Shown here: piece after piece, positions 26,162 through 39,518 of the stretch
Layout of the letters: each line of letters starts with the position of its first letter
Numbering within the stretch: position 1 is the stretch's first letter
NCBI GenBank assembly: GCA_002633005.1
Contig: NMRA01001045.1
Coordinates: 620 to 64,619, forward strand
Length of the DNA: 64,000 nt
DNA from: Phoronis australis
Taxonomy: Eukaryota > Animalia > Phoronida
Direction: 5' to 3'
The notes under the pieces: generated by a model
Databases searched by the model: none
What the model saw: only the letters and a program-made list of their open reading frames with translations
Told to the model about the DNA's origin: nothing
Made by a program: the position numbers and the translations under genes

Positions 26162-27629
26162 AGTTCGTCTCAATTCGAATAAATCCTCATGAAGTCATAA
26201 GACCCACAACTTGCTATCGGCAAAGCGGGATGACAGGCTCCAATTTATTTGTTTCTAGTATCACATAATGTCATTGTCAAAACTATTGACGACGAGCTTG
26301 AAATAGATAAACAATGTGAGATTTAATGATTGACATTATGAAAGAATGTAAATGGCATGATCATAAAAAATTTATATTATAAATGGATAAACTTAGAGAA
26401 TGTTACACCTGTGATCCTGGTCATGTATTTGATGTGGGAATTTTCCAAGTAAATGGAAGAAATTACTAACTGCAGCTGTTTTCAAAATAGGTACACACAC
26501 CCACAAATTGAAGGGATTAACCTTAGGTCAAATTGTAGGAAAATTTTGGAAAGGACACTTTGTTTTAAATTGCGAAAACGGCTGAGATTAATGAGGTTAT
26601 TAGTAAGTCTCAAGCTGCAGTTGTAGCAATGCTTACCATGATACATGTAGGTCATGATTTTGAGTTTGATACTTTAATTACTATATACATGTACGTAACG
26701 AATCAGAAAGGTAGATTTGTTGTGCGGTCCTATTTCAAAACTGCGTTTGATTGTATATATAGGAATGTATTGTTTTTAGCTGAGGCGCCAGAAGTCTGTG
26801 AGAGGAACGAACCAAATAATTCTATCCGTGTACTACTAAGTAAAAACTTTCGTTTGGCCGGATGATATTCACATATAAGCATATACGGACTGTCCCAACA
26901 CACTCAAACAGTGGGCATACTTATCACTATTTCTATTTATTTTTAATGGCTTGGAACAAGAAATAAAATATTCAGGTGATAATGGGATATCTTTATACAT
27001 ATACATATACATATGCATATAAAAATTTACTTAATCAGTTAGTTATTCAATTATTTATTCACTATCAATGAGTAACATTATCATACAAATCACAATACAC
27101 GCACGCAACCATTCAATTGTCATTTACTAATGTAAGCAATTTTTCCATATATATCCAAATCTATCAAACCGACTCTGTGGGATAATACTGTTTTAAAAAA
27201 TTAACAAAATCATAAGTCGATGGTAAAGGGCCCCCAATCTTTGACAGTATATGTGAAATTTCGAAAGAATCAAAATTAAGTTTGTAGATGAATATGTGTT
27301 GTTGATTCCAAAAAGAACATTAACGTTCATTATTGTTTCATCGCTATCACTGATCAGAAGTAAAATTTAAAAGTATCTTCCCAGAAGGTTTTGTTGTAGC
27401 TATAATGTACAAATAAGGGCATCAAAGTTTCTGGTGTTTTTTCACAAAATGCAGGAGCAGAAAAATCCGAGACGCCTATTTTATAAAGATATCAAATTGC
27501 GCATAATAATCTATGAAATGCTCGATACTGAAACCATCTCATTTTAACATCTACAGAAAAAATAAAAACATTCAAGTATAGTGTTTTCCAACAAATTACT
27601 TATCTCAGAAATCCATTTATCCCGTGAGA

Positions 27630-30428
27630 TCGGTTTTACACTCACATTACGAATAAATATATCATATTTTGATCTACACGGATAAGCATAAGCATAAGCA
27701 TAAATGAAAAATAACAACTAAATAAGCTAACGTCCCGTCTCATTCTCTCCCTTCCCCCAGCAGAAATATGCGTTCCGACATTATTAACATATAATATGAA
27801 AACAAAAGTAAAGCAAAATGAACAATAATGGAAAACATTCGGTCTCCTCATACCACATACATCATAACGCAAATCCCACTTCCAACACGGCAACGCCTGG
27901 CGCGTGCAGCAGGAGAGAGGAATATAACTACAGTTCTACCAAGTCCCTGCCACCCAAGTTCGATTCACAGTTCTAATGGTTCCGGCACCATCTGCCGCTC
28001 ACACTGAATATACATGTACACTGTTTCTCCGAGAGACAATACGATAAGGAACTGGACCAAATACATTCTCAATTTTATTCCTACAGGGGACCTTCTTATT
28101 AGCGGTCAATAACCTTCAATAGCCTTCTAATTGAAATCAAATTTTAATCAATGTATTATTATAATGTAATGTAAATAAAAGCGTTTTTTCTCTCTCTCTC
28201 CTACCCATGATACTGTTATATCTCAGAAATACCGTTGCACCTACCGAAAGTGATTGGACTAACACGGGTATCATTTCTAGCTTTATTCCTTTCATTCGAA
28301 GTGTCAGTAAAATACTGAACACGCTGCCAAGCGTCTTTCATTTTATCTGCTCTCCACTTTGAATACTCGTCTGTGCAACAATCTGCGAAATTTTTGCATC
28401 ATAACGCACGAAAAAATCCGAAGGTAATTTTGTTTCTCTCCCAAAAAAACAAGAAAAACGGAGAATATTTAGTAGTGCTGTGTGGAGTAGAATTATACAT
28501 AACTAGAGATGCACATACTCCGGTCATTAACGCTTGCGATTAATTGGCAAAGTTTTGAACCGATTATGCAATGTGAGATTAAAACGCTCACATTGTGAAT
28601 TTCCCTCAGGAGGATACTGGGTTGTACGGGATTTCTGAATGTCATATAATCTACACAACTGTTTGACCAGATCTTTTTCAAAATTCCAATCTTATCGATA
28701 TAATGCCTGTCCGAAATACCGAACTTATCGAATCATTGCTCAGTCAAAGCCTTCGCAAAAGTCAGGGCATTGTGATTCCGTGTCACAGCAACCTGGGTTA
28801 ACTTCGTGAATACGTCAGTTATGACTAAGACGTTTTCGCTACGGTCACTGGACGGCTCTACAACAGTAAAATCAACGGCTAACATTTGCTTAGGTCTACA
28901 AGCAGTCAAGTGACTCATGATCGTCCTCGGTTTCTTTTATGGACCCATAGAAATTTGACACCTCGCGCATGATTTACAATAATCTGCGACATCTTTCTGC
29001 ATGCCTACTCAAAAGTGACGATTGTTAATCAGAGCAAATGTTCTCTCATACCCTTGGTGCCCAGCTGCATCATGCAGAGACACCAAAATTTCACTTCGTA
29101 GCGACTGCGGCACAATTAACATACAAACAATTTCATTATTAACTGTCAATACACTGTTTATGAACAGCTTCCCCTCTCTAAGTACAGATCATTCCAATAT
29201 TTCTGTACACCGCTATGTGCAGTGTCACCAGGCTTACATTTTGCTCGCAAGCATTCCAACACGCCAACAAGAATACGGTGTAAATCTACTAATTTAGTGT
29301 TCGGTAGCGGGCAGGGAATGGCGACGAAGTGTCCAAGCCACTGCGTGTCGTAACAACACAAAGCAAAGCCTGACCGTGATCAGGACACACTATTCTTGAC
29401 AGCGCGTCAGTGTCTACAAGTATATGTAAGTTTGACTTGTCAGCCTCGTACACAATCTGAAAATTATAATGCGCTTACTCAGAAACCCACCTCTGAGAGT
29501 ATGCATCCAGCTTAACTGTAGACAAAGCCTATTTAACAGGGTTATTGTCTGTATAAACTGCAGACGGCAAACCGCCGTATAGGTAATCGTGAAACTTAGA
29601 CGTTATGGCACTCTTAAAGCCAAAAACTCAGTTTATGTACAGAATAACGTTTTTCGGCTTCACTCAAACAACGACTCGCAATGGCAATGGGTCCAAACCG
29701 ATAACTCCTGATATAACACCGCACCTAACGATGTCATACTAGCGTCAATGTGCACAGATAATGGCTGCACTGGGCTACACGTACACAATTTCATGCGTTT
29801 AAGTTCGTCAAAAGCATACTGTTCTTTATCATCCCAAACAAACAGTCCATTGTGGGCATCAGAAGAGGTACGTTTACGACCACTTACTCCATTTGTAAGT
29901 GCTTGAAGAGGATAAGCAATTGATGAAAAGTATTGAATAAAGTGACGGTAAAACTCTGAAAATTTTTACAAGTCTTTCACACACTCTTGGGATAGACCCA
30001 TCCAACAAAGCCGCTATCTTATCAGGATCACATACAACCCCTTGTTGAGAAACCACGTGACCCAAACACACAGTTTGCTGCTTAAACATTTCACATTTTG
30101 ACGGCTTAAGTGAACTTCCCACGTTGAGGGCGGAATGTAACAGAGCAAGTCTCCAGTGAACAAAACGTGTGTATTTCACCTCGTTACGCATACATGCACA
30201 TTTCAGTTCAGTTACACAGGATAACGCTCAATTCCATATGGGCAAAGGAGGTAAACACGAAACACCCTTCTCCGAAGCCTGTCACTAGCGTAGTGTCCGA
30301 TACATACAAAAGCGCCACGTGACGAAGGCGCACTGAGACGCAACAATGTCAGCACAAGGATAAATGAACAATAACAACTAAATAAGCATAACAATTAGCA
30401 CACAGTTGCTTGCTTACGTCCCGTCAGA
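27630..30428 (-). mobile_element. Degenerate, internally deleted Ty3/Gypsy LTR retrotransposon
   Basis: RT LKPSKCEMFKQQTVCLGHVVS..DPDKI, RNase H IDASMTSLGAVLYQ and integrase VDFT..ENVLVITDVFTK are present. A PPT at 27743-27759 precedes the LTR start TGAGACGGGACG, and a related LTR start lies near 30428. Confidence 0.85.
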
Positions 30429-31639
30429 CTTATGTAAGAAAGTAAGTGTGCCATTCTACATCCTACTTTTCCATAATCCCGGATCATAACTTTTCTAGCT
30501 GTTCTATCATTTTTCTTTCCCCAAATAATTTTTAAATGACATTTTATAAACGCTTGGGAAGGAGAAGGGGGTGTGATAAACGGATGTGTTAATTTTGATT
30601 AAAAAAAATAGTTTTTCCAACAGCAGCCTTCCAAGTGTCGTAAGAACACGTCTAGACAAGACATAGAATGTTTTATTTGTTTCCTTCCTTTATAATGGTA
30701 GTTGAAATTTGGAATTATTCCAAGTCTACGCTATACATGTATGTAATTCCCAATAGGGTAAAAGTTTCACTGACCCATCTTAAATTTGTTGGAGAGCATA
30801 TGGTGGTCTCAGAGTGTTTCTTGGAACCAATCCATACGCTATTTCAGCGATTACTGACAGCTGCAAAGGACAGGTGTGAAAGTTGATCAAGCCTTTTAAG
30901 AATGATTCCATATAAAACCATATGAAAATGAAAAATCACTATATACTCAAAAATTCATATAGAACTAATACTTTGTGCATGTGTTGGGATGCTGGCCCAA
31001 AGTACACTGCTGCAATATTTGCATTCAATGACCTTTGGTTACCGAGATATGACCTATTTGGCTATAAAGTCATAATAAATTTTGCCTTTTTTCATGTCAG
31101 TAAAACTGCATTTTTTGAACGGCAAAAAATCAGACTTGGAAAACTGGTGACAAAGTTTAACATTAATGGTCATAAAGACTCATGTAAGGTTAGTAAGAAA
31201 ATGAAATTTGCAACTCATAGGTACAATTAAATTTCCAGCAGGGGAGAAAACTCTGAGACCACTTTTCAGGCCAGTCACAAGTGGCAAGATGTTGCTTAAC
31301 CTGCCTTTTATATCGGAATATATTTGAAGTTGAAATTCTCTTTGTAGACACTTCTAAGATTGAACTTTGATAATTGCTTTTAAAAAAACTTGTCTCTTTT
31401 ATATTTAATTTTAAACGTGGCCCTCGAATTTGGGCATTTTTGTGATGTGGCCTTGCTCTGACTGACAAGAGAGTTGAGGCTACTCTTTTAGTTTAGAGAT
31501 ATCACCTAAAATATATGATATAATATCAACAATGAAATATCACAAAAACTTAAATTTTACTTTTGCGACCCCAATTTTCTAAAACACTGCATTCTTTGTT
31601 TAACTTTACCAATAGCACTTTAGGGTTCGAGATTACATG

Positions 31640-33810
31640 CACTTCCTGTCACTGCAAAGAATATGGAGGAATTTCCTTCTTGTACATTTGGTCAATTTTC
31701 GTTACATACGTGTGATCGCGGAGGAAATGTGGCCTTCATTAGCTGTGTTAAAGACGTCAGAAGTCATCTGGGGTCGTGCAAAGCGCCACAGAAGTTTGAA
31801 AGTATATCGAAATTACAGCTGATACTTGCCAGAGCTGGAGATAGGAGGTTGGACTGGCAAACCAATGGAAATGCGCCGTTATATATTTTACATCGACATG
31901 AGTTTGGACTTGGTTTTAGACAAAAACTGACGTGCTGTTATCACGAACACACAGAATATTGTCAGAGGGATAAACCAGGAACAAGCAAAACAGGATCTGA
32001 TGTCATCTCTCACCCCACACCAAGTTTTGGTTGTAATGGATTTTGCAATGAAGTTCATACCCATCAGTTTCCGTGAAGCGCAGTCCGACTGGTTAGGTAA
32101 AAAGGATCTCATGGCACGCGGCGGCTTGTATCACAAAGAAAGGTGAAAGCCATCAGGTAAAAATAAATCCTCAATTTGTATTCAAGGTGTTACAAAGTAA
32201 TTCTCAGATGTGCTCAATATTAAACAGAAAGCCAGTGATGAACAATGTTGTTGCCTTTACCTCTTTTTAGTACATTGATTTACTGTAACAGTACAAGATA
32301 CAGGGAGTGTGCACTTAATATCTAGTCTTTTTCTTGCCATTTCCCAACAAAAGCTTGACAGTGATGCATTATTTTTGTCTTAGTAGATTTTGGACACAAG
32401 CCTTCATTTTAACTGAAGCCATTGTGTACTTATGGATGATTTTCATATCTTTGTGAAGGGGAAATTTCCCCCTGCCTAGAAATGTTTTGAAGGAGCTACT
32501 GATATAATAACCGTGTTGAGACGAACCATGTTTGAAGTTGAGTGGTGTGATTGGGTTTAGGTGGTAATAAGATATAATAAGGTAGTTATTTAAGCTAGCT
32601 GACCTATTTGAGTTTCATAATTATTGTATTTCAGGTACATACTTACATCCATACTCTAGATGCCTGCAAGCAAGACTTTTTCATTGTTTGCTGTTTAACG
32701 CTAGATGTGCTAAGGCAGGTGAAAGCTAGGGATCCACAAATAACGGAAGCTTTCGTACGCTCCGACAATGCCAATTGTTACCATTCAGCCGCCCTTCTGA
32801 TTCATTTGTTCTACATATCTGGTAACACCGGCATCTCCATTCTGCGTTACGACTTCAGTGAAAGTCAGAAGGGAAAAGACATATGTTACAGGAAAATCGC
32901 ACCCTTGAAGTACCATGCCAAGTACTTCGTCAATGAAGGCAACAACGTTCAAAATGCAGTCGACCTGAAACATGCACTAGAGTCTAGAGGAGGTGTCAAA
33001 GGCTGTTAGGTGTCCTGTAGTGTGAATGCCTCAAAGGTCCTTCCCAAGCACAGTATCCCAGGGATAAGTTTGCTGACAAAATTTGAGTATTCCGCAGATG
33101 GCATTCGAGCATGGAAGGCCCATAGAGTAGGGTAGGGAAAACTTGTCATCAACAAGTCATGTAAACTGTTGCCTCTGAAAAGTCTTGACCTTGCAACACT
33201 CCAGTGTTTTACAACTCCAAGGGTGGAGTCGCGGATGGTATCCCATGAACGTCATACGAAGTTCACATGCACACACTATGGGTGCTCGAAATCTTTTCCT
33301 ACAGATGCTTAGCTAAATGAGCACTTGGACGTTGGTGCTCATTCATCATCCCTCCAGAACGATACTCAGTTCGACCACATTTCAAGACAATCTGAGATTT
33401 TATCTACTACCACAGCTGTATCATCACCTGAGTTGTCTGCCGTTTACGTTGTTGATCTAGTCGCCGCAGGATTGGGCCCTGAAAAGTACTAGAAAAGCGG
33501 TCCGCTTCTCTGAGAAGGTAAAGACTTAACCCAGTGATATATTTTCTGAAGGTGAACAGTTAGGCAGAAAACAACAGCCAGCTGAGGTTGTAAAGATGAT
33601 GCGAGAATCCAGGAATAAGCAAAGAAAAGATTTCTCCTCTGAAGAGTGGCTGTCGGAGTTGCAAATTGCTGGATTTTTCCCCGTATGGTTGCCGCGTCTC
33701 CAATCGGAAAAATTCAGAATATTGAAGATGCTGATGCTGCTGCTGCCCACGAGTTTGCCTCAATGAATGAGTTAAGGCTTGAAGTCATGAATGAGTTATC
33801 ATCATAAACT
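31640..33810 (+). mobile_element. Degenerate intron-containing DDE transposase, Sola3-like
   Basis: VMDFAMKFIPISFREAQSDW, then an intron (cag|gtaaaa about 32156 to tttcag| about 32634), then FVRSDNANCYHS..SESQKGKDIC..NEGNNV and a C2H2 finger CTHYGCSKSF..HLDVGAH. The Sola3 label is from recalled motifs. Confidence 0.65.
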
Positions 33811-35624
33811 GTAGGAAATTATGAACATGTTTTAGTTGTTGTCTATTCTTACGATATTGTTGTGGTCATCATTATCGTAGCTAGGGGACTGGGGTCCACC
33901 CTGAGCGAAATTGGAAAAAATGGAAGATGACGCAAATTAGGGGCTTCAATGGGGGAGAAATTTGAGTGGTGGCTGTTTGGGGAAAATAATCCAAGCCACT
34001 GATGGTCAACATTGAAATCTTTTGTCACTTTTTACTAGCGTTTTTTGTTTTATGTTCAGTTTGAAACTCGTAAAGCATACTTTTTACATGATTGATTCTC
34101 TTGAAACTACTGAGATTTTTATAGGAGTGATTATCTAGTTTTGAGAAACGTCTATCTTAGACATGTGTACTGAGCAAAATAAAAAGACTTTGTGTCTCAG
34201 TAGCTCTTGTTTTCTTCAAACAGAATGCAGTTTTTTTTTGAGGAGTTGTGTAGAAATGCATCATACACTAAACCTAGCATACCTCCAAGACTGAAACTGT
34301 GGTTTTGAGTCCGCCGCATGAACGGAATTTACACATTGTGAAACTTTTAGCTGGTAAGTTGCAACAACACCCAATTGCTTAAATACTGGTTTGGAAAGTC
34401 GGTATCTTGGATATCACTGAAAGTATTATGTTTTCAATTGTAAATATCCGTACCTGTTATTTTTCTGAAATTGCAAATTCCACTGGCGCGCTGCCACCAT
34501 GCTCGGCCGCTTTTGTGTAGTACAAGAAGCATTGCGTGACTCTTTGTATGTCCCATAGCACGACACTTCTCCTCGTATCCACCGTCCTCTTTTCACGTGT
34601 GATCTCGAAGATCTTGATTAGTTTTAGTATGAACTTTCCTATTAGTGTTAGGGGACTTTTTCATGCGCATATACAGGGATTTGTCCAGGAGGTATGAAAA
34701 TGGACCAGCATGCACTGCAGGAAGTGCGTGGGATTCTTAGTCAGTTACGGTGTTTGAAAACTGGCCAAGCAATGGGTAATGGGCACCCTTAATAAGAATA
34801 AAAAGTGCTTCTCTGGAATATGAGATGTTGATGGGGTTGTATTATTAACTCATAAGTACATTAAAATTGACTTTTTTGTTTTCTGTAATCCTATAACAAA
34901 TTTTTATTTTTGCACCAGCAAAACTGAAAATCCGCGAAGAAAAAGTCTCTCATACACCTTCCCATGATCTCCTTTGTCACTAATGTAGCAAAACAAATGA
35001 TATTTGTTCTATTTGGCATCTTGGTCGATAGATAATTGCACAATCGAGTAGCGCGTCCTAGAGTCTTTTAATCAAACTGACAGTCACAGATTGGCAGAAA
35101 ATGTGTAAGTGAGTTATGTAAAAAACTGACAGCAAAAAACTATGAAAGAGACAAGATTTTTTATTCTTGCGTTGGGCTGAACAAAGACAGCAGTAACAGA
35201 TGGAAGTTAACTCATGTTCCAAAAGAATCCGATATAGATTTGGGAGAGTGATAAAAATGCGAAAAAATGGCCTTAATAATAAGCAGTGAAAATGATATTT
35301 TTGTAGGCTAAAATGGGAGGACATAAAATATCAAAAAATCCATCCGAACTATTTTTTTTTTACGTTATTCTTTCTTCTTTCTGCTATATAGTTATTTTTT
35401 TTCTATAGCGTGAAGCGATGATGTGTTGTTGCTGACAAAATGTTACCTACTTCCAAGTACTATTATTTGCTATTTTTCGGAAAAAAGTACAAAGTGGTCG
35501 TAAAAGGGTTAAAAAAACTCGGAAACTCTTAAAAATTCAGGCTCAGGTTTCTTTTGACAAGGCCAGCTGATGTGCTAAGTTTCAAAAAAATTGGTGATTT
35601 TGCATATATAGCCACCATCTGGTT

Positions 35625-38172
35625 TTTATATGGAATTGCTCTTAAAGTTTGAGCGGTGTGTTGTTTCTCCCGCTCTTTTTGTTCATCTGGTCTTCCCAGA
35701 GTCAATATTAACTGATGTAATCTGGTCCAGTGGAAGACTACCTGAGGACTACCGATTTCCAGAAGACACGGTGATGCATGTAATTGACGTCAGTTCTCTC
35801 CTTCACCGTATTCCATGGCCTAGAGGTGCAACGTTTGCGACAGTTGGTAGATCTTATGTGGATTACATCAGCAAGTACACCCAGCCTACTGTTGTTTTCG
35901 ATGGTTATGGAGGTGGCTCATCAACTAAAGATGTCTCCCATGTTCGAAGACTAGGTAGGGTAATTGGAACTGATGTTCACTTCAATTGGTGACTTGGTGA
36001 TCAAGTCAGAAATGGAACATATTTTGGCAAAAAGCAAAAACAAACAAAAATTTATTCACTTCTTGTCAAGTTTTACTATGAAATGCTATTTGCACAGTGG
36101 TACAAGCTCAATTGTAGAAACAACAGTAGAGAACGCAGCACAAGGTCCAACTTCACTCATTGCTGACGATACATACTTCTTGGTTCTTCTGTGGTATCAA
36201 GCTACTTCACAAAAATTTCGAATGTCCATGAAATCTGACAAGAGCCACCAAAGCAAGAGGAGAGTGTGGGACATCAAGAAACTTCAGTCGTCTCTTGGTG
36301 CGGAAACTTGCGCGGTTTTGCCATTTGCGCATGCAGTAGGTGGTTGCGATAAAACATCACGATTGTTCGGTATTGCCAAGGCTCTCCCATTCAAGAAATT
36401 GCGTGATCAGGAATTCTGCAAAAACTCTAGAGTATTTACTAGACCCATGCAGCTGAAGCAAGACATATTTGAAGCTGGTAAGAGCTGTGTCTATGCTTTA
36501 AGGCCGTAAAGGCTCTAGAAATTTGGATGACTTATAATGTACAATACAGGTGATATGTGGAAAAGGTGTCATCAAGTGTAGCCCCAGTCCAAATACATCA
36601 TTACCACCAACTGCTTCAGTAGCTAAATTTCATGCTGGCAGGACATACTATCAAGAGCAAGAGTGGTCATGTCTCCGGGGCCAGTGGCCTACACTCGCTG
36701 GATGGCGATGGATGCTGGAAAGTGGATAATTGATTCCCAGCCAGCAGCACCAGAGAACCTGTTGAAAGTAGTAAGATGCTCGTGCAAGACCAACTGCAGT
36801 TCTAGTGGATGTACTTGCAAGACGTTTGGACTGCCGTACTTGATTGCATGTGAAGAATGCCGTGGTATAAGATGCATCAATTCATTCTCAGTTGACAGAG
36901 ATTAGTTTTGTAAATACTGGTTGATTGGGTATAGAGTTTGATCACAGCTTGGAAGGTATGATTCAGACAGACTTGTAACATCACTAAAGTGATGCCTAGT
37001 GGGAGCTATACCAGCACTTATAAACTGTTTAACTTGCTAAATATACCTTGCTAAACCTTTCTCCTGTCTCAATTGCTGCTGTATTCGCTAGTATTTACAA
37101 CTAACTGGAGGTGACAATCACGGTGTGGATAGTACATGTAGTTCACTAAATTATTCGTAGAGAATTATTTTCTATACAGCACATTTTTTCAGGAAAAGAA
37201 TGACCCTTTAATCCAGACGAACTTGATGTTTTTCACCCAGATAAGTTATTATTCGTTTAACAGTCTTTAAAATGGTAGTCGTAACCATCAGAGATTGACA
37301 AAAATATTCTTATAGACGTGTTTACCTAAAAAACTCAGGATATGAAGTCTGTCAAGATGGCGTGTTTCTGGAACCTGAAGTTCTACACGAAGCAACTATT
37401 TGGTGGCCATCTTAGAAAATGATGGAATTAATCATTAGAGCCAAACGCAATGAGTCTCAATGGATTAGTCGACCCAGAAAAAACTGTGATGCAATATTTG
37501 AAGCAAGACGATATTCACTGTTCGTGCGAAGTTGTGCAAATCAAAGTAGTTTCGGAGGCTATCTTGGAAAATGTCGAACGGTGTCACAACGGCCAGGCAA
37601 AACTATTTCCAAGAGATTTGTTGACCAACAAAAATAGGTAAACCTTTTTGAATTTTTACTTTATCACTTTCCACTATCGAGTTATAATGGTTTTCTTCAA
37701 ATCTGGCACCCATTTTGTCCGCCACCTTGAAAATGGTGGAAGTAATCAATAAAGCCAAATGCAATGAGTGTCAATGGATTAGACGACCCAGAAAAGCTAT
37801 GGTGTAATGTTTGAAGCAAGATGACACACTAATCATTTCGTGCGAAGTTGTCGGACTCGAAGACGTTTTAGCGGCCCTCTTGGAAAATGGCGGACAGTGT
37901 CACCACAGCCATGCAAAACTATTTCCAATGGATTTGTTGATTCACAAAATATAGGTAAACCTTTTTGAATTTTTACTCTATTACATTCCAGTCTCGATTT
38001 ATAATGGCCATCTGCAAATCTGGCGGCCCTTTTGTCCGCCATCTTGAAAAAATAACTTCCGCCACTCCGACTCTGGTACACTTTTTTCTCAAAGTATGGG
38101 TTGTGAGAGGATACGTTTTATGCAATAAAACCTGTTGCATTTTTCCAGATCATCCGTAGAATGACTGGACTA
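35625..38172 (+). mobile_element. AcademX-like DNA transposon, 3' part (XPG/FEN1-like nuclease plus Cys-rich finger)
   Basis: Motifs VIDVSSLLH, VVFDGY, ADDTYFLVLL, HAVGGCDKTSRLFGIAK and CSCKTNCSSSGCTCK..C..CRG..C are frameshifted. Subterminal repeats of about 315 bp follow, and the element ends ...ggacta (CTA). Confidence 0.7.
37405..38060 (+). repeat. Two diverged tandem copies of a roughly 315-bp subterminal unit
   Basis: caatgagt(c/g)tcaatggattag(t/a)cgacccagaaaa occurs at about 37448 and 37762. Confidence 0.85.
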
Positions 38173-38739
38173 ATTCGAAAGTGTTGCATTTAAGTATTGC
38201 CTTTGCCTTGAGTTGTTCAGTAAGAAGACAGGACCGGATAGGTGTTATAATGTCTGTAAACCCACAAGCGCTTCGGTTAAGGATCCCTGGTGTATCCAAT
38301 CCCCATGCCACGTCTGTTCATTGCGTCCTCACCTCCCCGTTATCCATTCTAGGCAAACTGCATTCCGATTTTGCGCGTTGTGCGGGCGTTTCCGTCCAAC
38401 GACTGCTCGTCTTGCAACACTGCCAAGCTCAATGGCGAATGACAGCTGCGACAACATCGGCGCAGACGACATACTAAACGCGCTTGTTGGTACGGAAAAG
38501 TCAATACTGGGTGGAAAAGATTTGGTATCAAACCTGAGTATGGCATAGCTATTCTTAAATATCTATGAGATTGCTTTGAGCGTACATGTAATTTCACGTT
38601 TGTAACTCGATCATTATGTAATTTTGTTGTTGGTGCTGGGGCGTTCTGAGTTAAGTGACGCACGTAATTAACCATATTTTTGAAACAGGTTTGAGAAATG
38701 TGAAATAGTCTTATCGTGGTTCAAGTAGTGGTAGCAGTA

Positions 38740-39400
38740 ATACACTTTATTCACGTTGAGACAAAAATACAATTGATGCAATTAAAGCTTATGGAGACTC
38801 CGTGAGGGACCCGAAAGGTCCGCTGACCACGGAGCCAACAGAGAATAGAATACAATGATACAGATATTCAGAATTACAAACTTAGGTGAAAATTCAATTT
38901 AAAAATACATGTAAAAAGAATAACAAAGCTTATGGAAATTAGTTACACACAAAGCAGTTGGGAATAGTGCACTCAATTTCATATCATTTAAGACAAGGGA
39001 TTTTTAAATAATTTCTAACAGAGCATAACGAATGGGCAAATTTGTTTGAGATACACTTACAGGAAGGTTATTAATGATATTAGGTAAGACATTGCGAAAT
39101 GAATCTTCTGCAAATGATTTACTACAACAAGGAGTAGGAGTAAGTTATCGCCAAGTGTAATGTTCATGAACAGACCCACGAGTTATTTATTTAACGTTTT
39201 AAAAATGAAGGTAGATAAATATGAACATTTTTGTAGAAAAAATTGACAATAGCAACAACATACGAGTCCTTTATTTTGAGTACCTGTGTAGTCATATATG
39301 GATTCGTATGGGCATTAAAACAACTAGAAGTAATAATATGAATAACGCCTTTCTATAATTAGACTTTTCTATGATGCTCACAACCTATAGCAAAATGCCA
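38740..39400 (-). mobile_element. CR1/L2-group LINE 3' fragment
   Basis: The minus strand reads IITSSCFNAHTNP..LKIKD and FAEDSFRNVLPNIINNLP. A 3' stem-loop at 38798-38834 and an AATAAA near 38746 follow. Confidence 0.65.
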
Positions 39401-39518
39401 TTTATAAAATGAGGAGGGACAAAATCATTGTATCAACTTTTCAAAGTCTCAAAGAGCATTAAATGTTTAATGCTATTAAAGGAGAATGCCACCCAAAAAA
39501 CAACCTAGTTTGTATCAA

